A stretch of DNA of 36,053 nt from Nitrospirota bacterium (GTDB lineage Bacteria > CG2-30-53-67 > CG2-30-70-394), in the NCBI GenBank assembly GCA_050050395.1, contig JASFUG010000003.1:1-36053 (forward strand), in the 5' to 3' direction. The notes under the pieces were generated by a model. That model was not told the origin of the DNA, searched no databases, and was given only the letters and a program-made list of their open reading frames with translations. A program made the translations under genes and the position numbers. Below, piece after piece: positions 16,201 to 24,416 of the stretch (its first letter is position 1; each line of letters begins with the position of its first letter).

Positions 16201-17995
16201 CTTCAACCACCGGCACATCTTTGTCGACCCGGACCCGGACCCCGCGCGCTCCTACAAGGAGCGCGAGCGCCTCTTCCGCCTGGCCGGTTCGACGTGGCGT
16301 GACTACGACACCTCCTTGATCAGCAACGGTGGGGGTGTCTTCGAGCGTGCCGGCAAGGCGATCGAGCTGGCGCCGAACGTGCGTGACATGCTCGGCGCCA
16401 AGCGTGCCACGGTGAGCGGCGAGGAGCTCATCCGTCTCGCCCTGACCATGGAGGTGGACCTGCTGTACAACGGCGGCATCGGCACCTACATCAAGGCCTC
16501 TACCGAGCGCCACGTGGATGTCGGCGACAAGGCCAACGATCGGGTCCGGGTCGACGCCAGCGCGGTGCGCGCACGGGTGGTCTGCGAGGGCGGCAACCTC
16601 GGCATAACCCAGCTCGGCCGGCTCGAGTACGCCGCGCACGGTGGCCGCATCAACACCGATGCGGTCGATAACTCCGCCGGCGTCGATATGTCGGACCATG
16701 AGGTCAACCTGAAGCTCCTGTGCCAGGTGGCCATGGAGGAGGGCCGTCTCAAGGACAGCAAGGCGCGTGACCGGTTGCTGGTCCAGGTCACCGAAGAGGT
16801 GGCGGAGCTGTGCCTGGCGGACAACTACCACCAGAGCGCCTGCGTCTCCCTCGATCAGCGTCGCGGCCGGGAGTCCGCCGCGCCGTTCGTCTCGTTGATC
16901 GAGAGGCGGGTGGCGGACGGGGTGCTGGCGGCGGAGGAGGAGCAGGTCCCGGTCGACGAGGCGCTGGATGGGGCGGTGAAGGCCCACGGCGGCCTGCTGC
17001 GGCCGACCCTCTGTACCCTGCTGGGCTACGAGAAGATGCGCCTCCAGGCGGCGCTCACCGGTTCCCCGCTGGTCGACCTGCCGGGGGCCGGGGAGTACCT
17101 ACGTGCCTACTTCCCCCGGGTGTTCGTGCGTCGTTTCGGGGAGCTGCTGGAGCGCCACCCCCTGCGGGCGGAGATCGTCGCCACCGTCATGGTGAACAAG
17201 ATCGTCAACCAGGCGGGGATCACCTTTTTCTCGGAGATGGAGGAGGAGTCCGGAGCGCCGCCGTGGGAGATCGCCTACGCTTACCTGGTGGCGGAGCGCA
17301 TCGTCGATGCCGACAGCTATCGCGACTGGCTGGCCAAGCTGGACAACAAGATGGAGGCCGCGGTGCAGTACGACCTCGCCCTGCGTCAGGAAGAGCTCCT
17401 CGGCCACCTCACCCAGCGTCTCCTTCACCGTTCGCCCGAGGAGCGTCCATCGTTCGCGGACATCTCCCACTATCGTCGCCACGTTCGCGCCTTCGAGGCG
17501 AGCTTCGCGGGTGACGATCACACGAAGGAGGTGGCCGCCTTGCGTCAGCAAGGGGTTCCGGCGCCTCTTGCCCAGCACGCCGCCCGCCTGCCGAGGTTAC
17601 GTGGGATCTTCGAGGTCATCGATCTGCATCAGGAGATGGGGACGCCATTCGTGGCCATCGGTCAGTGCCTGGTGGTGGTCGGCGATGCCCTGTGCCTCGA
17701 TGAGCTGCGCAGCCGCCTCGCCGGTCTCGTCGTGGATGGAGAGTGGCAGGAGCAGGCGCGCCACGACCTCCTGGAGCAGGTGTCGCGGCTACGGTATCGC
17801 CTCGTCACCGCAGCGCTGCGCCGGCACAGCCAGCGCCACACGGTCGCCGAGGCGGTGAACGCATTCTTCGCCGAGCGTAGCGAGCCACTGCGCGCCTACC
17901 GTGAGCGGCTCGCCGCCTTGGTGGCCAGCGACCGCGCCGACGCGGTGATGTTCTCCGTGGTCTTGCATCAGTTGCGCGACCTGCTGCCGGAGTAG
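13256..17995 (+). CDS. gdhB: Large NAD-specific glutamate dehydrogenase
   Basis: [96 protein letters not shown]; start moved to ATG 13256 behind GGAG. Confidence 0.95.
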   Translation: [1579 protein letters not shown]

Positions 17996-18032
17996 TTCTT
18001 AGTGAACGCGGGCCGACGCCCGGGAGAGAGAC

Positions 18033-18233
18033 ATGGACCGAATCATCGATTTGGCAGGAAACGTGGCGGGTGTCCTGGGAATACTCGTCTGCCTGGGCAG
18101 CGGGCTGGTGCGCATCGGCGGCGGCTTTTACTTCGGCGGCGTGCAGCTCATGCCCCTATTCACGGCGGGGATCGCCCTGATGGTGATGGGGTGCCTCGCC
18201 AAGCTGCACGTCCTGACCCGGATGCGGCGCTGA
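18033..18233 (+). CDS. Small two-helix membrane protein
   Basis: GGGAGAG RBS; 66 aa with two hydrophobic segments; 37 nt after the GDH stop. Confidence 0.7.
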   Translation: MDRIIDLAGNVAGVLGILVCLGSGLVRIGGGFYFGGVQLMPLFTAGIALMVMGCLAKLHVLTRMRR

Positions 18234-18285
18234 CGGGCGCGTCCCGGGCGGCTCGGCCAGGCGGCTAGCCTGCCTGCGCTGGGTA

Positions 18286-18780
18286 TCACGGGGCGTTGGG
18301 TACGACGACGCCCTCGTCCGTGCTCGCCTCGGCGGTCGGTGCCTCGGCAGCGGGCGTCTCCATCGCGTCCGCGGCCTCGGTATCCGGCGCTTCGGTGCCC
18401 GCGCAATGGACGTCGGCGGTGGCGATGCGCGGTACACCGGCGACGTGCAGGTTCTCGATCACGAGGTCGCCGTCCGGGCACAGGTCCGATACCCGCTCGT
18501 GGAGCAGGCGCTCCGCCGCCTCCTCCGACGAGAAGTAGTTGACCCGCACCAGCACATGCCACTGGCCAGGGATCGTTTCGGTCACGGTGTGAATCGTCTC
18601 CCGGCCTTCCGGGTCGAGGTAGGGGTCCGGCAGGGTGTTGCATGCCGGAAGCGTCACGCATAGGGCCACCAGCAGCGCCGCACCCCATCGATGTCGGTGG
18701 ACGGGAAGTGGGCGATCGATCACCGGTGCCGGGCCACGTGCCCCGGAGAGGGGAGGTGATGCGTGCAGTCGTATACCCAT
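18286..18780 (-). CDS. Hypothetical lipoprotein with acidic Ala/Pro/Glu tail
   Basis: WGAALLVALCVTLPAC lipobox-like segment; two further Cys; real start probably later (e.g. GTG 18723). Confidence 0.6.
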   Translation of the reverse strand: MGIRLHASPPLSGARGPAPVIDRPLPVHRHRWGAALLVALCVTLPACNTLPDPYLDPEGRETIHTVTETIPGQWHVLVRVNYFSSEEAAERLLHERVSDLCPDGDLVIENLHVAGVPRIATADVHCAGTEAPDTEAADAMETPAAEAPTAEASTDEGVVVPNAP

Positions 18781-18869
18781 ATCGCTTTCCGTCTTTCCGT
18801 CGAAGGCCGCCCGAATTTCGCATCGGCGGGTCGTCGACCCCGGACGGGCGTGTCACCGCCGTCTTCCCC

Positions 18870-19985
18870 TTATCGTCCGGCCGGCAATGCGGCTGACGCT
18901 GTTTGCGGAATCTCCTCGATCACCACGGTTTCTAGCCCATCGTCCCACTGGTACCTCCCGCCGTCTAGGGGGCGTAGCTCCTCCACTGGCACCTTGCCGT
19001 GGCCCGTGGGTAGGTCGATCACGTACGCCGGGAGGTCTGAGGCCGGCAGGCGGCGGCGCATCTCGGCGAAGATCCGCCGGCCGCGGGCGATCGACAGGCG
19101 GAACGCGGCATTTCCCGGCGCCCGATCCGGATGGTGGAGGTAGTAGGGGCGTACACCGAGCCTGCTCAGGTCGCGGCACAGCGTAGCGAGGATCCCGGGG
19201 TCGTCGTTCACGCCGGCCAGGAGAACCGTCTGGTTGAGGAGCCGGATGCCGCGGCGGGTGAGGAGTTCGACGGCGCGCCGGCTGGCGGTGCCGACCTCCG
19301 ATGGGTGATTGAAGTGGGTGACGATGCGCAGGGAGAGGCGCGACGCCAGGGAGGTCGTCAAGCTCGACGTGATCCTCTCTGGGTAGTGCACCGGCGCGCG
19401 GGTATGGACCCGCAGGTGGGTCAGGTGTGGTAGCGCGGCGACGCGACGTACTAGCGCGGCGAGCCGTCCATCGGACCAGACCAGCGGATCTCCGCCCGAG
19501 AGGATCACCTCGCGCAGCGCCGTCTCCGCCGAGAGGTAGGTGATCGCTCGGGTCAGGTCTGCGGCGTTCGGCTCACGCCCCGCGGGGGTGCCGCGTCGAA
19601 AGCAGAACCGGCAGTAGAAGTGACAGCGACCGGTGACGAGCAACACGGCCCGGTCGGCGTGCTTGCGGATCACGAACGGAACCGGCGAGCGCTCGCCCTC
19701 GCCTACCGGGTCTGCCAGATCACCCGGGTCGACGGCGAGCTCCGCGGGCTCCGGACGGCCCATGCGCCATACCGGCCCGTCGGGTCCCTGGCTCTCCGCC
19801 AACGCGAGGTAGCTTTGCGGCCAGCGCACGGGAAACAGGCGCGCCGCTTGTTGCCACGGTGCGTCCGGATCGGGATCGAGGGCCAGGGCGTGGACCACGT
19901 CGGCGCGGCCGGCAAAATCCCCGGACCGCTCATCGTGGTCGTCGGCGCCGCTCGCGGCGGCCCGGTCGTGGTCGCTGTCGTACAA
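18870..19985 (-). CDS. epmB: KamA-family radical SAM lysine 2,3-aminomutase (EF-P beta-lysylation)
   Basis: CHFYCRFCFRR, VILSGGDPL, THFNHP.E, NQTVLLAGVND, PYYLHHPD, PAYVIDLP.G.GK; divergent from efp; TTG 19985 behind GAGGG chosen as start (uncertain). Confidence 0.85.
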   Translation of the reverse strand: MYDSDHDRAAASGADDHDERSGDFAGRADVVHALALDPDPDAPWQQAARLFPVRWPQSYLALAESQGPDGPVWRMGRPEPAELAVDPGDLADPVGEGERSPVPFVIRKHADRAVLLVTGRCHFYCRFCFRRGTPAGREPNAADLTRAITYLSAETALREVILSGGDPLVWSDGRLAALVRRVAALPHLTHLRVHTRAPVHYPERITSSLTTSLASRLSLRIVTHFNHPSEVGTASRRAVELLTRRGIRLLNQTVLLAGVNDDPGILATLCRDLSRLGVRPYYLHHPDRAPGNAAFRLSIARGRRIFAEMRRRLPASDLPAYVIDLPTGHGKVPVEELRPLDGGRYQWDDGLETVVIEEIPQTASAALPAGR

Positions 19986-20176
19986 GGTGTTCCCTCGATC
20001 TGGGCGGCCGCACGGTGGCCCGGCCATCAGCGGCGCACGCCAAGCACTCACCAGCGCTTGCGAGCCGGCCGGCGACTCCGGCACCCTGCGCGACTCCTTA
20101 TGCCATACCGACAGGATGCGGTGTGCGACCGGCGCACGGGGATGGGCTCGGGCACAATCTCTCGAAGGAACCCACC

Positions 20177-20737
20177 ATGTACACCACCAGTGATTTGCGC
20201 AAGGGCTTGAAGGTCGAGATCGACGGCTCGCCCTACATCGTCGTCGACGCCCAGTTCGTGAAACCCGGCAAGGGCAATGCCTTCACCCGTTGCAAGCTGA
20301 AGAACCTCGCCACGGGTGCGGTCCTCGAGCGCACCTGGAAGTCGGGCGAATCGATCGGTAAGGCCGACCTGCAAGAGGTGCGCATGCAGTTCCTCTACGA
20401 GCAGGACGGCGATTACCACTTCATGAACACCACCTCCTACGAGCAGGTGTTCATCCGCAAGGACAACCTCGGGGACGCGCACCTCTGGCTCCTGGAGCAG
20501 ATGGAGTGCGACATCTTGTTCTACAACAACCAGGCGATCTCCGTGGAGGTGCCCAACTTCGTGGTCCTGGAGGTCACCCAGGCGGACCCCGGGGTGAAGG
20601 GCAACACCGCTACAGGCGCCACGAAGCCCGCCACCCTGGAGACCGGCGCCGTCGTGCAGGTGCCGCTGTTCGTGGAGCAGGGCGAGAAGATCAAGGTGGA
20701 CACGCGCACGGGGCAATACCTGGAGCGCGCCAAGTAG
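20177..20737 (+). CDS. efp: Elongation factor P
   Basis: DLRKG, FVKPGKGNAF, PGVKGNTA, KPATLETG, VPLF, VDTR.G.Y; AAGGA RBS; 186 aa. Confidence 0.97.
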   Translation: MYTTSDLRKGLKVEIDGSPYIVVDAQFVKPGKGNAFTRCKLKNLATGAVLERTWKSGESIGKADLQEVRMQFLYEQDGDYHFMNTTSYEQVFIRKDNLGDAHLWLLEQMECDILFYNNQAISVEVPNFVVLEVTQADPGVKGNTATGATKPATLETGAVVQVPLFVEQGEKIKVDTRTGQYLERAK

Positions 20738-20948
20738 GCTAGGTCTCCTCCTCTTGCCGGTGGAGAAGGCCATAGGGGTTCACGCGGGATGAGCTGCGTG
20801 CGCCGACATCGCGTACACACCTGCGGTGTGGCGCTGATCGAGACCGTAGTTGTGAAGAGGTGTACTTCGTCCTCCGTGCCGAACATCTCGTGGCGTATCT
20901 TCGCGACGGCGTGTACGACCGGCCGCGGGTCTCTTTCCGTCGTCGCCG

Positions 20949-21030
20949 CTCGCGAAGACGCCAACAACGCCAAGGGATCGAGAGAAAATGCAGCGGAAAT
21001 GAGGCCTTGCGCGCTTGGCGGCTTTGCGAG
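20949..21030. repeat. Imperfect inverted repeat (periodic-arm family) between efp and epmA
   Basis: CTCGCGAAGACGCCAACAACGCCAAGG (20949-20975) vs reverse complement of 21005-21030, CTCGCAAAGCCGCCAAGCGCGCAAGG. Confidence 0.7.
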
Positions 21031-21089
21031 AGACACTAGGATTTCCGCCGGCGGCGTGGACCGGCGACGGCTCTTGTTCGCGGTGGGTC

Positions 21090-22103
21090 ATGGATAGCCC
21101 GGAAGCGTTGCATGACCGGCGTCCCTTCCTGGTCGCCCGCGCGGCGGTCCTGCGGGAGATCCGCGCCTTCTTCGACGGTCGCGGCTTCCTGGAGGTGGAG
21201 ACCCCCAGGTTGGTCGCATGCCCCGGCCTGGAGCCCCACCTGGTCGCGTTCACCGTGGTGGGGGAGCCGCCTCGCTACCTCCCGACCAGTCCCGAGCTCC
21301 ATCTCAAGCGGCTGTTGGCGGCGGGTTACGAGCGCATCTACGAGATGGGGCGGGTCTTTCGCCGCGGGGAGAGCGGTCGCCACCACCTGCCGGAGTTCAC
21401 CCTTCTCGAGTGGTACCGGACCGGGAGCGACCTCGCCGCACTCATGAACGACTGCGAGGGACTGCTGCGTCATCTCTCCGCGACCATCGAGCCGCACGCA
21501 GGGCCCGGCGCGGTGTGCCTGCGCGATCAGTCCATCGCCGCTCCCTTCGCACGCCTCACCTACCGAGGGGCGCTACAGAGATATGCCGGGATCGACCCGG
21601 TGGACTTCCCCGCGGCGGCGGGCGTCGCGCCGCTGCGCGCCGAGATTGAACGCCTCGGTCTGCACACGGCCGAGGATGACGACCGCGACACCCTCCTCAC
21701 CCGTGTGTTCGTGGATCGGGTCGAGCCACAGCTCGGTCTGGCGCGGCCGTGCTTCGTCACCGAGTTTCCGGCATCGCAGGCGGCCCTGGCACGGGTGCGG
21801 GAGGAGCCCGGCTGGCCGGTGGCGGAGCGTTTCGAGCTGTACGTCGCCGGCGTCGAGCTGGCGAACGCCTTCGACGAGCTGACCGACGCGGTGGAGCAAC
21901 GCCGTCGTTTCCAGGCGTGGCAGGAGCAACGCCGGTCCCTCGCCGCCGAGGTCTACCCGATCGACGAGGGGTTCATGGCCGCCCTGGAGTCGGGTCTGCC
22001 ACCGTGCGTGGGGATCGCCCTCGGTGTGGACCGGCTGGCGATGCTCGTCACCGGTGCCGCGGACGTGGCCTCGGTGGTCGCCTTCCCGGAAGGAGCGCCG
22101 TGA
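21090..22103 (+). CDS. epmA: EF-P lysine aminoacylase (EpmA/GenX/PoxA)
   Basis: LysRS catalytic domain without anticodon domain: FLEVETP, YLPTSPELHLKRLLA, HH.PEFTLLEWY, AERFELY, ELANAF.EL.D, GIALGVDRL; next to efp. Confidence 0.93.
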   Translation: MDSPEALHDRRPFLVARAAVLREIRAFFDGRGFLEVETPRLVACPGLEPHLVAFTVVGEPPRYLPTSPELHLKRLLAAGYERIYEMGRVFRRGESGRHHLPEFTLLEWYRTGSDLAALMNDCEGLLRHLSATIEPHAGPGAVCLRDQSIAAPFARLTYRGALQRYAGIDPVDFPAAAGVAPLRAEIERLGLHTAEDDDRDTLLTRVFVDRVEPQLGLARPCFVTEFPASQAALARVREEPGWPVAERFELYVAGVELANAFDELTDAVEQRRRFQAWQEQRRSLAAEVYPIDEGFMAALESGLPPCVGIALGVDRLAMLVTGAADVASVVAFPEGAP

Positions 22104-22897
22104 TGGGTCCGGTCGCAGGGCTCGGCGGCCCTCGGGCGGAACGTCGCGTCGCCCTGATCACCGGGGCCTCGTCGGGGATCGGCGCGGCCGTGGCGCGGCA
22201 GCTCGCCGACGCGGGCTACGGCCTCGCCCTGGTGGCGCGGCGCAGCGAGCGGCTGCACCGGCTTGTGGAAGAGCTCGGGGGGCGCGAGAACGCGCTCGCC
22301 GTCGAGTGTGACGTGAGAGATCGCCCGGCGGTGGAGGCCGCCGCCGCCACCTCCCTGGAGCGGTGGGGTCGCCTGGATCTCCTGGTCCTCAACGCCGGGG
22401 TCGGGGCGATGACCGACTTCGCCGCCTTCGACGTGGACGGCGCCACGCGGGTGATCGAAACGAATCTGATGGGCGCACTCTACTGGCTCGGACCGTGTCT
22501 ACCGGCGATCACCACGGCCCATGGGTCGGTGGTCGGGATCTCCAGCCTCGCCGCCCACTTCGGTTCCCCGCGCTCGCCGAGCTACTGTGCCTCGAAGGCT
22601 GCGCTGTCCGCCTTTCTGGAGGGGATGCGGGTGGCGTGTCGCGGCCGCGGGATCCACGTTCTCACGGTGGAGCCGGGCTGGGTCTATACGGAGATGACGG
22701 CCCCGTTCGGCCGGTTGCCGCTGGCCATCGACGCCGATGACGCGGCCCGGCGCATCGTGCGGGCGGTCGTACAGCGACGTCGGATCGTTCGCTTCCCGTG
22801 GCCGGCGGCGCTGTTCGTCGCGGTCATGCGTCACGCGCCGGCGTGGGTACGGGAGCGGGTGTTGCGGCTCCGTGATCCGCGTACCGCCCGGCGCTAG
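22103..22897 (+). CDS. Short-chain dehydrogenase/reductase
   Basis: TGASSGIG, LNAG, ISS, YCASK, PGWV.T; ATG overlaps epmA stop (TGATG). Confidence 0.92.
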   Translation: MGPVAGLGGPRAERRVALITGASSGIGAAVARQLADAGYGLALVARRSERLHRLVEELGGRENALAVECDVRDRPAVEAAAATSLERWGRLDLLVLNAGVGAMTDFAAFDVDGATRVIETNLMGALYWLGPCLPAITTAHGSVVGISSLAAHFGSPRSPSYCASKAALSAFLEGMRVACRGRGIHVLTVEPGWVYTEMTAPFGRLPLAIDADDAARRIVRAVVQRRRIVRFPWPAALFVAVMRHAPAWVRERVLRLRDPRTARR

Positions 22898-22903
22898 TGC
22901 TGC

Positions 22904-24073
22904 CTACCTACCCCGGCCGCAGAGCACCACGCCGATCGTGGCCACCAGGATCCTCAGGTCGAGCCATAAGCCGAGGTTCTTGATGTAGTACAGGTCGTAC
23001 TCCAGCTTCTCGCGGTGCTCATCGACGGTCATCGCGTAGTCGGCGTTCACCTGCGCCCACCCGGTGATGCCGGGCTTGACCGCGGTCCGGTAGGCGTAAA
23101 ATGGGATCTCATTCTCGAGCTCGTGGGCGAAGCAGGGGCGCTCCGGTCGAGGGCCGATGAGGCTCATGTGGCCCGCCAGCACGTTGAACAGCTGGGGTAG
23201 CTCGTCGATGCGCAGGCGGCGGAGCCAGTAACCCACGCGGGTGATCCGCTCGTCATCCTCCGTGGCCAGGCGCGGGCCGTCCTTCTCGGCGTCGGCGTAC
23301 ATGGAGCGGAACTTCCACACCGTATAGGGTCGACCGTGGATGCCCAGCCGTTCCTGGCGATAGAACACCGGCCCCCGTGACTCCAGCTTGATGAGGAGCG
23401 CCACCAAGGCGAACAGCGGCAGGCAGAGGGGGAGTGCGATGGCGGTGAAAAGCAGCTCCCAGGCACGCTTCGCGTGCCGTGTCGTCCACCCTGTCTGGAA
23501 ACCGTTCGCGAAGACCAGATGGCAGGCGAGGAGCCCGGTGAGCGGCAGTCTGCGGTGTAGCGTCTCGTGGAACTCATGGAAGTCGACGATCTGGGTGCCG
23601 TACACCCGGCAGCCGAGGAGCTCATCCATGGGTAGGGCCGAGTGGGCACAGGGCCGGGTCACCACTACCTGCCTGACCCGCTGTTGCCGCACCACCTCCG
23701 TCAGGGTCAGTCCCTGACCCCAGACCGGTAGGTCGAGCTGGTGGCTCGAATGCGCCGTCGGATCGAAGAAGCCGGCCACCTGGAAGCGGCGGCGGCCATG
23801 TTTGCGGACCGCGTTGAAGAGGGCCACGGCATCGGCGTCGCTGCCCAGCAGGAGGATGCGCCGCTGGCCCAGGCCGCCCTTGCCCCACGCCAGGACCATG
23901 CCCCATACCACCAGCACCCCGTTGATCGCGTACTGGAAGAACGAGGTCGTGGTCGAGACCTCGTTGACCAGCACTCCGGTGCTGGACCAACCAACCGCCT
24001 CAGCCCCGAGGCTCAGCCACACGTTGACCACGATGGCGACGACCAGCAGGGCGAGGAAGTGCACACGGTTCAT
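22904..24073 (-). CDS. Polyprenyl-phosphate priming sugar transferase (WcaJ/ExoY/PEP-CTERM-EPS type)
   Basis: N-terminal TM helices, Rossmann-like middle, GPVFYRQERLG, KFRSM, RITRVG..LR..RIDELPQLFNVL.G.MSLIGPRPERP, KPGITGWAQV, KLEYDLYYIKN. Confidence 0.92.
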   Translation of the reverse strand: MNRVHFLALLVVAIVVNVWLSLGAEAVGWSSTGVLVNEVSTTTSFFQYAINGVLVVWGMVLAWGKGGLGQRRILLLGSDADAVALFNAVRKHGRRRFQVAGFFDPTAHSSHQLDLPVWGQGLTLTEVVRQQRVRQVVVTRPCAHSALPMDELLGCRVYGTQIVDFHEFHETLHRRLPLTGLLACHLVFANGFQTGWTTRHAKRAWELLFTAIALPLCLPLFALVALLIKLESRGPVFYRQERLGIHGRPYTVWKFRSMYADAEKDGPRLATEDDERITRVGYWLRRLRIDELPQLFNVLAGHMSLIGPRPERPCFAHELENEIPFYAYRTAVKPGITGWAQVNADYAMTVDEHREKLEYDLYYIKNLGLWLDLRILVATIGVVLCGRGR

Positions 24074-24161
24074 AGGCGTGGAACGTTCCGATGCGGGTGG
24101 CGGGGGCAGCCGTGGGCGTCGCTCTCATTCAGACCCGTGGCCCGATTGCAGCCAGCCCAAC

Positions 24162-24177
24162 GCATGAACTGTGCCAA
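24162..24177 (-). promoter_or_regulatory. sigma54 -24/-12 promoter of the sugar transferase
   Basis: Minus strand TTGGCACAGTTCATGC: TGGCAC with GG-N10-GC spacing, about 90 nt upstream of the ATG. Confidence 0.7.
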
Positions 24178-24217
24178 GGGCCACGAGCCACGGGGTCATG
24201 TAACGTAGAGTCCTTAA

Positions 24218-24230
24218 AAACATATAGTTG
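24218..24230. promoter_or_regulatory. Possible IHF site
   Basis: AAACATATAGTTG, two mismatches to WATCAANNNNTTR, in an AT-rich patch between promoter and upstream palindromes. Confidence 0.4.
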
Positions 24231-24272
24231 TGCATAATCCCCAGCGTGGTGGCTCACCGTCGGCCCGGATCC

Positions 24273-24332
24273 CGTCTCAATTCGGGACACCGGGAAGGCG
24301 TCGTCGCTCGGCGCCTGTCTCACTTTGAGAAA
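24273..24332. promoter_or_regulatory. Two candidate enhancer (UAS) palindromes TGTCTCA-N3-TGAGACA
   Basis: CGTCTCAATTCGGGACA (24273-24289) and TGTCTCACTTTGAGAAA (24316-24332), 43 bp apart. Confidence 0.55.
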
Positions 24333-24416
24333 GGGGGAGCGTTGTCGTCGGGATCGGGGGAGGAGGAGGCTTCGCAGGGCACCGCCGGGTAGCGGTTTTC
24401 CTGCGGTAACTCCCCG

